This document shows positions 17,902 to 25,679 of a stretch of DNA of 32,000 bases, in pieces. The notes below the pieces were generated by a model. That model worked only from the letters and a program-made list of their open reading frames with translations, was not told the DNA's origin and did not search any database. The DNA comes from Polyangiaceae bacterium (lineage in GTDB: Bacteria; Myxococcota_A; Polyangia; Polyangiales; Polyangiaceae): assembly GCA_052147435.1 (NCBI GenBank), contig JBKQKP010000055.1, positions 1 to 32,000 on the forward strand. The letters run 5' to 3'. A program made the position numbers and the translations under genes. The number at the start of each line of letters is the position of its first letter. Positions within the stretch are counted from its first letter, which is position 1.

Positions 17902-19644
17902 GTGCGCGTGTGCCACAATCGGCCGATGGGCCGAAGCTCCTGCAGCACATGCCACGCCGATCTGCCGGCGATGGCGCGCTTCTGCCCATCGTGCGGGAAG
18001 GTCTCGGCGAACGCGAACGACACGCACCTCGCCGACACGGAAATTCAGCGCGGGCCCGTGCTCCCCGCCATGCGCCTCGCGCCGGGAACGCTCGTCTCGG
18101 TCTACCGCGTGAGAGACATCGTAGGCGAAGGGGGGATGGGGGTCGTCTATCGCGCCGACGACGAGGCGCTCGAGCGGACGGTCGCCCTCAAGTGCCTCCA
18201 CACCAACCTCGCCGGCGACGCGCAGATCCGCCGCCGCTTCGCCCGCGAGGCGAAAGTCCTGCGCAGCTGGGTGCACCCGAACGTCGTCGGCGTCTTCGAC
18301 TTCGTCGAGCACGAGCACCTGCTCGCGATCGTCATGGAGTACGTCGCCGGGAAGAGCCTCGTCCACCACCTCGCGAGCTGGCGCGGCAAGATGCCGTTCA
18401 CCGAGATCCGCGCCCTCTTCGGCGCGGTCCTCGACACCATGCAGGACGGGCACTCGCGCGGGATCGTGCATCGCGATCTGAAGCCGGAGAACATCCTCGT
18501 CGTGCACGGGCCGGACGGCCCGCGCCCGAAGATCGTGGACTTCGGGATCTCGAAGATCCTCGAGGGGACGAGCTACACCGTGAGTGGCGCGTTCCTCGGC
18601 ACGTGCAGGTACATCTCGCCCGAGCAGGTGAAGGCTCCCCACACGGTCGACGTGCGCTCGGACGTCTACTCGCTTGGGGTCACGCTGTACCAGCTCGTCG
18701 CGGGGCGCGTTCCGTTCGACGACGAGAATCACTTCGCGCTGCTGATGGCCCACGTCAGTCAGGCGCCGCCGCCACCGTCCCGCTTCCGCCCGGACGTGCC
18801 CCCCGCGCTCGAGGCGCTCATCCTGGACGCCCTCGCGAAGGATCCCGCGGCCCGTCCGCCGTCGTGCGCCGTCTTCCGCGAGCGGCTCGACGCCGCGCTC
18901 GCAGAGGTTGCCCCGGTGCAGGCGACGACCACGGAGCGACCGCTCGCGCCGGTCCTGCAGGACACGGGGGGCTACGAGATGGTCCTCGTCCCCGCGGGTC
19001 CGTTCCTGATGGGGCGCGCACGACGAACCGTTCAGCTCGATGCGTTTTACATCGATCGCGCGCCCGTCACGAACGAGCAGTTCGCGCGCTTCGTGAAGGT
19101 CACGGGCTACCACCCGAGCGGCGCGGGGGCGGGGCGCTTTCTCAGGACGGACGCGCGCGGGTCGAGGGGCGGGCAGCACGAGAAGCGCCCCGTTACTTAC
19201 GTCTCCTGGGCGGACGCCCAGGCGTACGCGCAGTGGGCGGGGAAGCGGCTGCCGACCGAAGCCGAATGGGAGAAGACGGCGCGCGGGACCGACGGGCGCA
19301 AGTATCCGTGGGGGCGCGCCGATCCGAAGCCGAGCCTCGCGAACTTCGATCGCAAGCTCGGCGGGACGACCCCCGTCGGCGCATTCCCCGCGGGCGCATC
19401 CCCCTTCGGTGCGCTCGACATGGCGGGGAACGTCTGGGAGTGGTGCGAGGACTACGACGATCCAGGCTTTTACGCCGACGGCCCGGCATACAATCCGTGC
19501 AACACGAAGCCTTCGCCGAAGGTCGTGATGCGCGGCGGAGCCTGGATGTTCGGGCCACGCGCGCTGCGGACGTTCGCGCGGACGAGCTACTCGCCGGAGT
19601 ATCGCTTCGCGGCGGGAGGGTTTCGCTGCGCGCGGACGGCGTGA
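17902..19644 (+). CDS. Ser/Thr protein kinase fused to a C-terminal FGE-sulfatase (SUMF1) domain, with an N-terminal zinc-ribbon
   Basis: 580 aa (alternative start ATG 17926). Zinc-ribbon CSTCHADLPAMARFCPSCG. Kinase motifs GEGGMGVVY, VALK, HRDLKPENI, DFG. FGE-domain motifs YIDRAPVTNEQF, RLPTEAEWEKTARG, GNVWEWC, GFRCAR. Confidence 0.9.
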   Translation: MRVCHNRPMGRSSCSTCHADLPAMARFCPSCGKVSANANDTHLADTEIQRGPVLPAMRLAPGTLVSVYRVRDIVGEGGMGVVYRADDEALERTVALKCLHTNLAGDAQIRRRFAREAKVLRSWVHPNVVGVFDFVEHEHLLAIVMEYVAGKSLVHHLASWRGKMPFTEIRALFGAVLDTMQDGHSRGIVHRDLKPENILVVHGPDGPRPKIVDFGISKILEGTSYTVSGAFLGTCRYISPEQVKAPHTVDVRSDVYSLGVTLYQLVAGRVPFDDENHFALLMAHVSQAPPPPSRFRPDVPPALEALILDALAKDPAARPPSCAVFRERLDAALAEVAPVQATTTERPLAPVLQDTGGYEMVLVPAGPFLMGRARRTVQLDAFYIDRAPVTNEQFARFVKVTGYHPSGAGAGRFLRTDARGSRGGQHEKRPVTYVSWADAQAYAQWAGKRLPTEAEWEKTARGTDGRKYPWGRADPKPSLANFDRKLGGTTPVGAFPAGASPFGALDMAGNVWEWCEDYDDPGFYADGPAYNPCNTKPSPKVVMRGGAWMFGPRALRTFARTSYSPEYRFAAGGFRCARTA

Positions 19645-19662
19645 GCGCTAAAGTCCCGCCCG

Positions 19663-21000
19663 ATGGACCTCTCCCAGCTCGCCAAGCTCCACAGCCACCA
19701 CGTCGCTGAGCTCCAGACGCGGTACGAAGAGGCGCTTCGAGGGTCGGCGCTCGACGCGGTGGTCATTCACTCCGGGTCGCTCCGCAAGCGCTCCGAGTTC
19801 GACGACCAGTACTGGCCGCTCCGCCCCGTCCCGCATTTTCAGCACTGGGCGCCGCTCGCGCAGCCCGACTGCGCGATCGTCGTCCAACCGGGGAGGAAGC
19901 CGAAGCTGGCGTGGCTGAAGGCGTTCGACTTCTGGGAGCAGCCACATGCGCCCGAGACGGATCACTTCGTGGCGTCGTTCGACGTCGTGGACATTCACCG
20001 CGTGGAGCAGGTGAAGGAGCTGGCGGCGAGTGGAGGTAGGCGCGTTGCCTTCGTCGGGGAGGACGCATCGCGCGCCGTGCTCTGGGGGATCGATCAAGTG
20101 AACCCGACTGCGCTCGTGAAGGCGCTCGACGCGCTCCGGACGACGAAGACGGCGTACGAGGTCTGCTGCCTCGAAGAGGCGAACCGTCGTGCCGCGAAGG
20201 GGCACAACGCGGTGCTCGAGGCGTTCCGCGCGGGGGCGGCGTCGGAGCTCGACCTGCATTTGCTCTATCTGCGGGCGACCGCGCAGGACGATCCGGAGAC
20301 GCCGTACAAGAACATCGTCGCGCTGAACGAGCACGCCGCGACGCTCCACCACGTGACCTACACGAAGCACCCGTCGAGCGCGCCGGCGCAGTCGCTCCTC
20401 GTCGACGCAGGAGCGGCGTACCAGGGGTATTGCTCCGACGTGACGCGGACATGGGTGAAGGGGACGGGGGCGACGGCGTCGGCGTTCGAAGCGCTCGTCG
20501 CCGGGGTCGAGGCGATGCAACAAAGGCTCTGCGGGGCGATCGCCGTCGGGATGCCGTACGAGAAGCTCCATGACGAATCGCACCGGCAGGTCGCAGGGAT
20601 CCTGCGCGACGTGGGGATCGCCTCGCTCTCGCAGGACGAGCTGGTGACGCGAGGGATCACGCGCGCGTTCTATCCGCACGGCCTGGGGCACTCGCTGGGG
20701 CTCCAGTGCCACGACGTCGGGTGCGCGCTCACGAAGCCACGCGCGGACAACCCCTTCCTGCGGAACACGTCGGTGATCGACGTGGGGCAGGTGTTTACGA
20801 TCGAGCCGGGGATCTACTTCATCGAGCCGCTGCTCGCGCCGGTGAGGGCGAAGGAGTCGAGCGGGATCGACTGGAAGCTGGTGGGCGAGATTGCGGCGTT
20901 GGGGGGGGTGAGAATCGAGGACGACGTGGTGGTGACGGGGGGGGAGAAGCGGGTGAGGAACCTGACGCGCGAGCTCTTGGCCGCAGGGGGCGGGAGGTAG
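19663..21000 (+). CDS. pepQ: Xaa-Pro dipeptidase (prolidase)
   Basis: 445 aa. The N-terminus is PepQ-like (LHSHHVAELQTRYEEAL...DAVVIHSG...DDQYWPLRPVPHFQHW). M24 metal ligands are present (HGLGHSLGLQCHD, TIEPGIY). Confidence 0.85.
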   Translation: MDLSQLAKLHSHHVAELQTRYEEALRGSALDAVVIHSGSLRKRSEFDDQYWPLRPVPHFQHWAPLAQPDCAIVVQPGRKPKLAWLKAFDFWEQPHAPETDHFVASFDVVDIHRVEQVKELAASGGRRVAFVGEDASRAVLWGIDQVNPTALVKALDALRTTKTAYEVCCLEEANRRAAKGHNAVLEAFRAGAASELDLHLLYLRATAQDDPETPYKNIVALNEHAATLHHVTYTKHPSSAPAQSLLVDAGAAYQGYCSDVTRTWVKGTGATASAFEALVAGVEAMQQRLCGAIAVGMPYEKLHDESHRQVAGILRDVGIASLSQDELVTRGITRAFYPHGLGHSLGLQCHDVGCALTKPRADNPFLRNTSVIDVGQVFTIEPGIYFIEPLLAPVRAKESSGIDWKLVGEIAALGGVRIEDDVVVTGGEKRVRNLTRELLAAGGGR

Positions 21001-21006
21001 CTCGGG

Positions 21007-21567
21007 TCACTCCCAGATCTTCGCGAGCGGAATTTCGAGCCCCTCGAAGGTCTCAGGTCGAAAGGTCTCTTCTCCCTCCAGCGACGCGGCGATCACGTAG
21101 GTGCCGTCGTGGAGCACCAGGCGCTCGAGCGTGCGCGCCTCGAGATCGACGATCCAGTATTCAGGCACGCCGAGCCGCGCGTACCAGCCGAGCTTCGTCA
21201 CGCGGTCGTAGCGGCGGCTCGACGGCGAGACGACCTCGACGACAAGGTCCGCGCGACCGCGCACCAGGCCCTGCTTCTGATCCGCCGAGATCTCGTTACC
21301 CGATCGATAGAATTGCAAGTCGGGCATGACGCCGCTGCGTGCGGAAACGCGGACCTTGTAGCCCGACGTCAAGCCCCTCCCTCCGTGCTCGCGCGCCCAT
21401 GGGCCGAGGAAGCCCGCGATGTTGAAGACGACCCCTTCGTGATCCACCGTCGGCACCTCGACCTCCACGAGCTCACCGTCGATGAGCTCACGCAGGTCGT
21501 CCTCTTCGAGAGCGATGAAATCGTCCCACGTGTAGGAAGCGCTCGCGGCGCTGGAGTGCGACGTCAT
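21007..21567 (-). CDS. Uma2 family (DUF820) putative endonuclease
   Basis: ORF 21007..21684; ATG 21567 is preferred. PD-(D/E)xK-like block PDLQFY...RADLVVEVVSPSSRRYDRVTKLGWYARLGVPEYWIVD. Confidence 0.8.
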   Translation of the reverse strand: MTSHSSAASASYTWDDFIALEEDDLRELIDGELVEVEVPTVDHEGVVFNIAGFLGPWAREHGGRGLTSGYKVRVSARSGVMPDLQFYRSGNEISADQKQGLVRGRADLVVEVVSPSSRRYDRVTKLGWYARLGVPEYWIVDLEARTLERLVLHDGTYVIAASLEGEETFRPETFEGLEIPLAKIWE

Positions 21568-21717
21568 GCTGGAAGGGTAACCCACGAGGCCACCTCGTGC
21601 AGGGGATGGGCCGGCAAGAGGGGACTGGAAAGTCGCGAGGTTACGGAAAGAGACGAGTGGCACGGCCGGAAACGGCGATGGCACGGCCGCCTAGGCACCT
21701 GGCGTCGGATGACGCGC

Positions 21718-21969
21718 CTACTTCGCCGCTCCGCCCCCAGGCTTCACCTCGACTACCTCCGCGCTCGAGCCGTTCATACAAAGCCCCCCGACGCAGTCGT
21801 CGAGCACGGTCACGGCGTCGCTCCGCTCAGTCGCGTGTGCCCAGAGCTTTCCGCCGAACGCTTGCCACGAGTTCATCGCCACGACGCCGATCACGCCCAG
21901 GACGATCGCGATCTCGATGATACGGCGAGCGATGCGTGGACGAGGCTTGGGCTCCCCGAGGCGGACCAT
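21718..21969 (-). CDS. small single-pass membrane protein, weakly Flp-pilin-like
   Basis: 83 aa. A basic N-terminus is followed by RRIIEIAIVLGVIGVVAMNSWQAFGGKL, which resembles the IEY-hydrophobic core of Flp pilins. It lacks a clear G/xxxxEY cleavage motif. Confidence 0.4.
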   Translation of the reverse strand: MVRLGEPKPRPRIARRIIEIAIVLGVIGVVAMNSWQAFGGKLWAHATERSDAVTVLDDCVGGLCMNGSSAEVVEVKPGGGAAK

Positions 21970-22051
21970 GCTCTTTGCCTACAATCGGGCAACGGGACAC
22001 GCAACCGGGAAAGATGGCCGAAGCAGGACGAAACGGGGGTAGAACGGCGGA

Positions 22052-22735
22052 ATGTTCGACCGCATGAAGCTCGAAACGCGCCTCCTCATCGCCCTCGGCG
22101 TGATGTCGCTCCTCGTCGTCGCCGTCGCGCTCTCGGGGCGGATGGGGCTCGCCCACGCAAAGGACACGACGCAGGAGATCCTGCTCAAGGACGCGCACCT
22201 CGCCGAAGAGGCTCTCGAGGCGCGTTCGTTCACGCTGCAGCTGCGCCGGTACGAGAAGGACTACTTCCTCAACATCGGCGCCCCCGCGGTGCAGGCCGAG
22301 TACCTCGTGAAGTGGAAAGACGCGCACGAAGCGCTGGTCGCGCGACTCGGAGATCTCGACGCGCTCGTCTCAAGCGCCGCGGACCACGACACGCTGCGGG
22401 GGATGCAAGCCGACCTCTCGGCGTACACAGCCGGCTTCGAGAAAGTGGCGGCATCGGTCCGGAGCGGAGAGCTAGCTACGCCGCAAGGGGCGAACCAGGC
22501 GATCACCGTCTACAAGGACACGATCCGCCGTCTCGAGAAGACGGCCGGGGCGCTCGGCGGCGCGAGCGATCACCGGATGCACGAGCGCGCGGCGCTCCTA
22601 GACGCGGACACCGGACGAACGAGCACGCAGATGACCATGACGGCGATCCTCGCCGTGGCCGTGGCGATCCTGATGAGCCTCTACTTCACGAAGAGCGGGG
22701 GCGAGAACGCAGCGGAGGACACGAAGGTCGCCTAG
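22052..22735 (+). CDS. 4HB_MCP-type periplasmic sensor domain protein with two TM helices and no HAMP or signalling domain
   Basis: 227 aa. The N-terminus MFDRMKLETRLLIALGVMSLLVV...LRRYEKDYFLN is typical of four-helix-bundle chemoreceptor sensors. A second TM helix (MTAILAVAVAILMSLYF) is followed by only about 15 residues. Confidence 0.65.
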   Translation: MFDRMKLETRLLIALGVMSLLVVAVALSGRMGLAHAKDTTQEILLKDAHLAEEALEARSFTLQLRRYEKDYFLNIGAPAVQAEYLVKWKDAHEALVARLGDLDALVSSAADHDTLRGMQADLSAYTAGFEKVAASVRSGELATPQGANQAITVYKDTIRRLEKTAGALGGASDHRMHERAALLDADTGRTSTQMTMTAILAVAVAILMSLYFTKSGGENAAEDTKVA

Positions 22736-24129
22736 TGACCGCCGCCCCCCTCGTCCTTGACCGCGTTCGCGAGCGCGATGAGGGTCTTCTTGGCGTCGCC
22801 CAAGACCATCATCGTGTTCGGCAGAAAGAACAGCTCGTTCTCCACGCCGCTGAACCCCGCGGCCATGCTCCGTTTGAGGACCATGACCGACCGTGACTGC
22901 TCGACGTTGAAGACCGGCATTCCGTAGATCGGGCTCCCGGGGTCCTTCTTCGCCGCAGGGTTCACGACGTCGTTCGCGCCGACGATGAGCACCGCGTCCG
23001 TACGCGCGAAGTCGTCGTTGATCATGTCGAGGTCGAACAAGTCGTCGTACGGAACATTTGCCTCGGCGAGTAGGACGTTCATGTGCCCTGGCATGCGGCC
23101 GGCGACGGGATGGATCGCGTATTTGACGTCCACTCCGCGCTTTTGCAGGAACGCAGCGAGGTCGCGCACGGCGTGCTGCGCTTGCGAGACCGCCATCCCG
23201 TACCCCGGAACCACGATCACGGTCTGCGCCGCCTTCAGCACTTCGGCGGCGTCGTCGATCGTTGCCTCGTTGAACGGGCGCGCCGTGCTCGACGGGAGCG
23301 CCGCGGACGACGCGATCTCCGTCCCGAACGCGCCGAAGAGGACGTTCGCGAAGGAGCGGTTCATCGCCTTGCTCATCAGGATCGACAGGAGCATTCCGCT
23401 CGACCCGTCGAGCGCGCCCGAGATGATGAGGACGTTGCTCCCGAGCGCGAAGCCGGTCGCCGACGCCGCGAGGCCCGCATACGAGTTCATGAGCGAAATG
23501 ACGACGGGCATGTCGGCGCCGCCGATCGGCAGGACGGCCATGATGCCGACCGACAAGCCGATCCCGCACATCGCGTAGAGCATCCACGGGTACGTGCCAG
23601 GGAAAACGATCTGCACGATGAGCAGGACGAGAGCGCTGATGAAGAGGCCGATGTTGATGAAGTTCTGCCCTTTCCACGTCACCGGCGCGCCCGTGATGAA
23701 GCCCTGGAGCTTGCCGAAGGCCATGTTGCTGCCGGTGAACGTGAGCGAGCCGAGGAAGACCTCGAGGCCGAGCGCGCCCGTCTCGAAGCGCGAGACGTGC
23801 CCCTGCGTCTTCCAGAACTCCGCAATGCCGACGAGCGCCGTGGCGGCGCCGCCGAACGCGTGGCTGAAAGCGATTCGCTCCGGCATCTTCGTCATCGGGA
23901 TCCAACCCGAGATCGCAGTACCGAAGCCCGCGCCGAGGACCATCCCGGCGATGATCCACTCGTAGGAGATGACCTCCGCCTTGAACAGCGTCGCCACGAT
24001 GGCGATGAGCATGCCGAGCTCGCCGAGGTACACCCCGCGCTTGGCCTTCTCGGGCGACGACAACCCGCGGAGGCATAGAATGAAGAGGATCGACGAGACG
24101 AGGTACGCGAAGTTGATGAGCTGGTGCAT
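22732..24129 (-). CDS. pntB: NAD(P) transhydrogenase subunit beta
   Basis: 465 aa. The N-terminus is multi-TM and the C-terminus is an NADP(H)-binding domain (GYGMAVSQAQH...VGANDVVNP). Confidence 0.95.
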   Translation of the reverse strand: MHQLINFAYLVSSILFILCLRGLSSPEKAKRGVYLGELGMLIAIVATLFKAEVISYEWIIAGMVLGAGFGTAISGWIPMTKMPERIAFSHAFGGAATALVGIAEFWKTQGHVSRFETGALGLEVFLGSLTFTGSNMAFGKLQGFITGAPVTWKGQNFINIGLFISALVLLIVQIVFPGTYPWMLYAMCGIGLSVGIMAVLPIGGADMPVVISLMNSYAGLAASATGFALGSNVLIISGALDGSSGMLLSILMSKAMNRSFANVLFGAFGTEIASSAALPSSTARPFNEATIDDAAEVLKAAQTVIVVPGYGMAVSQAQHAVRDLAAFLQKRGVDVKYAIHPVAGRMPGHMNVLLAEANVPYDDLFDLDMINDDFARTDAVLIVGANDVVNPAAKKDPGSPIYGMPVFNVEQSRSVMVLKRSMAAGFSGVENELFFLPNTMMVLGDAKKTLIALANAVKDEGGGGH

Positions 24130-24132
24130 TGC

Positions 24133-24453
24133 TCAGTCCTTCGCGTGGCCCGCAGCCTTGCCGACCGCTGGACCCTTGGATTTGAACATCCGAAGCATGC
24201 GGTCGGTGATGATGAACCCGCCGACGACGTTGGTGCTCGCCGCGAAGACCGCGATGAAGCCGAGGATCGTGGATAGCGGGTTGTTGTGCTCGCCGGCCGC
24301 CACGAGCGAGCCTACGAGCGAGATCCCGCTGATCGCGTTCGTCCCGCTCATGAGCGGCGTATGCAGGAGCGCCGGGACGCGCGAGATGACCTGGTAGCCG
24401 ACGAACCCGGCGAGGGCGAAGATGTAGAGGCCGAAGATCAGATCGTCGCTCAT
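24133..24453 (-). CDS. pntAB: NAD(P) transhydrogenase subunit alpha part 2 (membrane)
   Basis: 106 aa starting MSDDLIFGLYIFALAGFVGY. This is the last 106 codons of track ORF 24133..25848, whose upstream part is a shadow frame. The start overlaps the pntAA stop as ATGA (24450-24453). Confidence 0.9.
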   Translation of the reverse strand: MSDDLIFGLYIFALAGFVGYQVISRVPALLHTPLMSGTNAISGISLVGSLVAAGEHNNPLSTILGFIAVFAASTNVVGGFIITDRMLRMFKSKGPAVGKAAGHAKD

Positions 24454-25577
24454 GCGAGTCGCTCCTTCACCTTGGGGTGCACCACGTCGCCGTTCATCGT
24501 GACGAGACAGCCGGCGACGATCTCGTCCTTCGCGTCGAGCTTCCAGGCCCCCTCCTTGATGACGTGGAGGAGCAGCTTCTCGACGTTGCGCGAGAACATC
24601 TGGCTCGCGTGGAGGGGGAGCCGGCTGGGCAGGTCGAGGAGCCCCATGATGGTCACGCCGTGCTTCTCGACGACCTTGCCGGTCTCGGTGAGCGCGCAGT
24701 TTCCCTGCTGCTCGGCGGCGAGGTCGACGATGACCGAGCCGGCCTTCATCGACTTCACCATCTCCTCCGTGACGAGGATCGGCGCGCGCTGCCCGGGGAT
24801 GAGCGCGGTGGAGATGACGACGTCCGCCGTCTTCACGTGCCGGGCGAGCGCCTCGGCCTGCTTCTTCTTGTACTCCTCGCTGGTCTCTTTCGCGTACCCG
24901 CCGGCGGTCTGCGCGTCCTCGGCCGACTCGACCTCGACGAACTTCGCGCCGAGGCTTTCGACCTGCTCTTTTACGACCTTGCGCACGTCGAACGCCTCGA
25001 CGACCGCGCCGAGGCGCCGCGCCGTTCCGATGGCCTGGAGCCCCGCGACGCCTGCACCGAGGATCAGCACCCGCGCCGGCGCGATCGTCCCGGCCGCGGT
25101 CATGAGCATCGGGAAAAATCGGGGGAGCTCGGTCGCCGCCATGAGCACGGCGCAGTAGCCGGCCACGGTCGCCTGCGACGAGAGCACGTCCATCATCTGC
25201 GCCACGGTGGTCCGCGGGATGAGATCGAGCGCGAGGGACGTCATCTTGCGCGCCGCCAGGGCCTTCACGAGAGCCGGCTGATGGAGCGGGTAAAACGGCG
25301 CGATCAGCGCGGCCCCCTCCTTCATCGCGCCGATCTCTTCGACCGTCGGGATACGGACCCGCACGATGGCGTCGGCGCTGGCGAAGAGCGCCGCGCGCGA
25401 CGCCTCGATGGTGGCGCCGGCCCCCTTGTACTCGTCGTCGCTCACGTGGGCTCGCGCGCCGGCCCCCGCCTCGACCGACACGTCGATCTTCTTTGCCAGG
25501 AGCCGCTTGACCGACTCCGGCACGATCGGGACCCGCTTCTCGGCCGCGGCTTCGTCCCGCGGGACTACGATTCGCAT
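24450..25577 (-). CDS. pntAA: NAD(P) transhydrogenase subunit alpha part 1 (alanine-dehydrogenase-like dI)
   Basis: 375 aa. NAD-binding motif VLILGAGVAGLQAIGTARRLGA. A GGAGGAG Shine-Dalgarno site lies about 8 nt upstream. Confidence 0.95.
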   Translation of the reverse strand: MRIVVPRDEAAAEKRVPIVPESVKRLLAKKIDVSVEAGAGARAHVSDDEYKGAGATIEASRAALFASADAIVRVRIPTVEEIGAMKEGAALIAPFYPLHQPALVKALAARKMTSLALDLIPRTTVAQMMDVLSSQATVAGYCAVLMAATELPRFFPMLMTAAGTIAPARVLILGAGVAGLQAIGTARRLGAVVEAFDVRKVVKEQVESLGAKFVEVESAEDAQTAGGYAKETSEEYKKKQAEALARHVKTADVVISTALIPGQRAPILVTEEMVKSMKAGSVIVDLAAEQQGNCALTETGKVVEKHGVTIMGLLDLPSRLPLHASQMFSRNVEKLLLHVIKEGAWKLDAKDEIVAGCLVTMNGDVVHPKVKERLA

Positions 25578-25679
25578 TGCCTGGCTCCTCCGTGTACGAG
25601 GGATGGGGTACCACGATTTGACGCGAAAGAGCTGCGTCCTTCCGTGGCAGGCATTTTGCTCGTACGTCGCCGGCGCGCC

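Noticed and set aside
15740-17989. 749-aa minus-strand ORF. The same reasoning covers 17572..19179 minus, 21109..22896 plus, 11549..13036 plus, 12937..14613 minus and 6401..7708 minus.
   Set aside because: All are alternate-frame or antisense shadows of genes with recognisable domains. Their translations are dominated by R, G, A, P, D and E.
21658-21689. Sigma-54 promoters at the two TGGCACG motifs
   Set aside because: There is no TTGC -12 element at the required spacing. No plus-strand gene lies immediately downstream.
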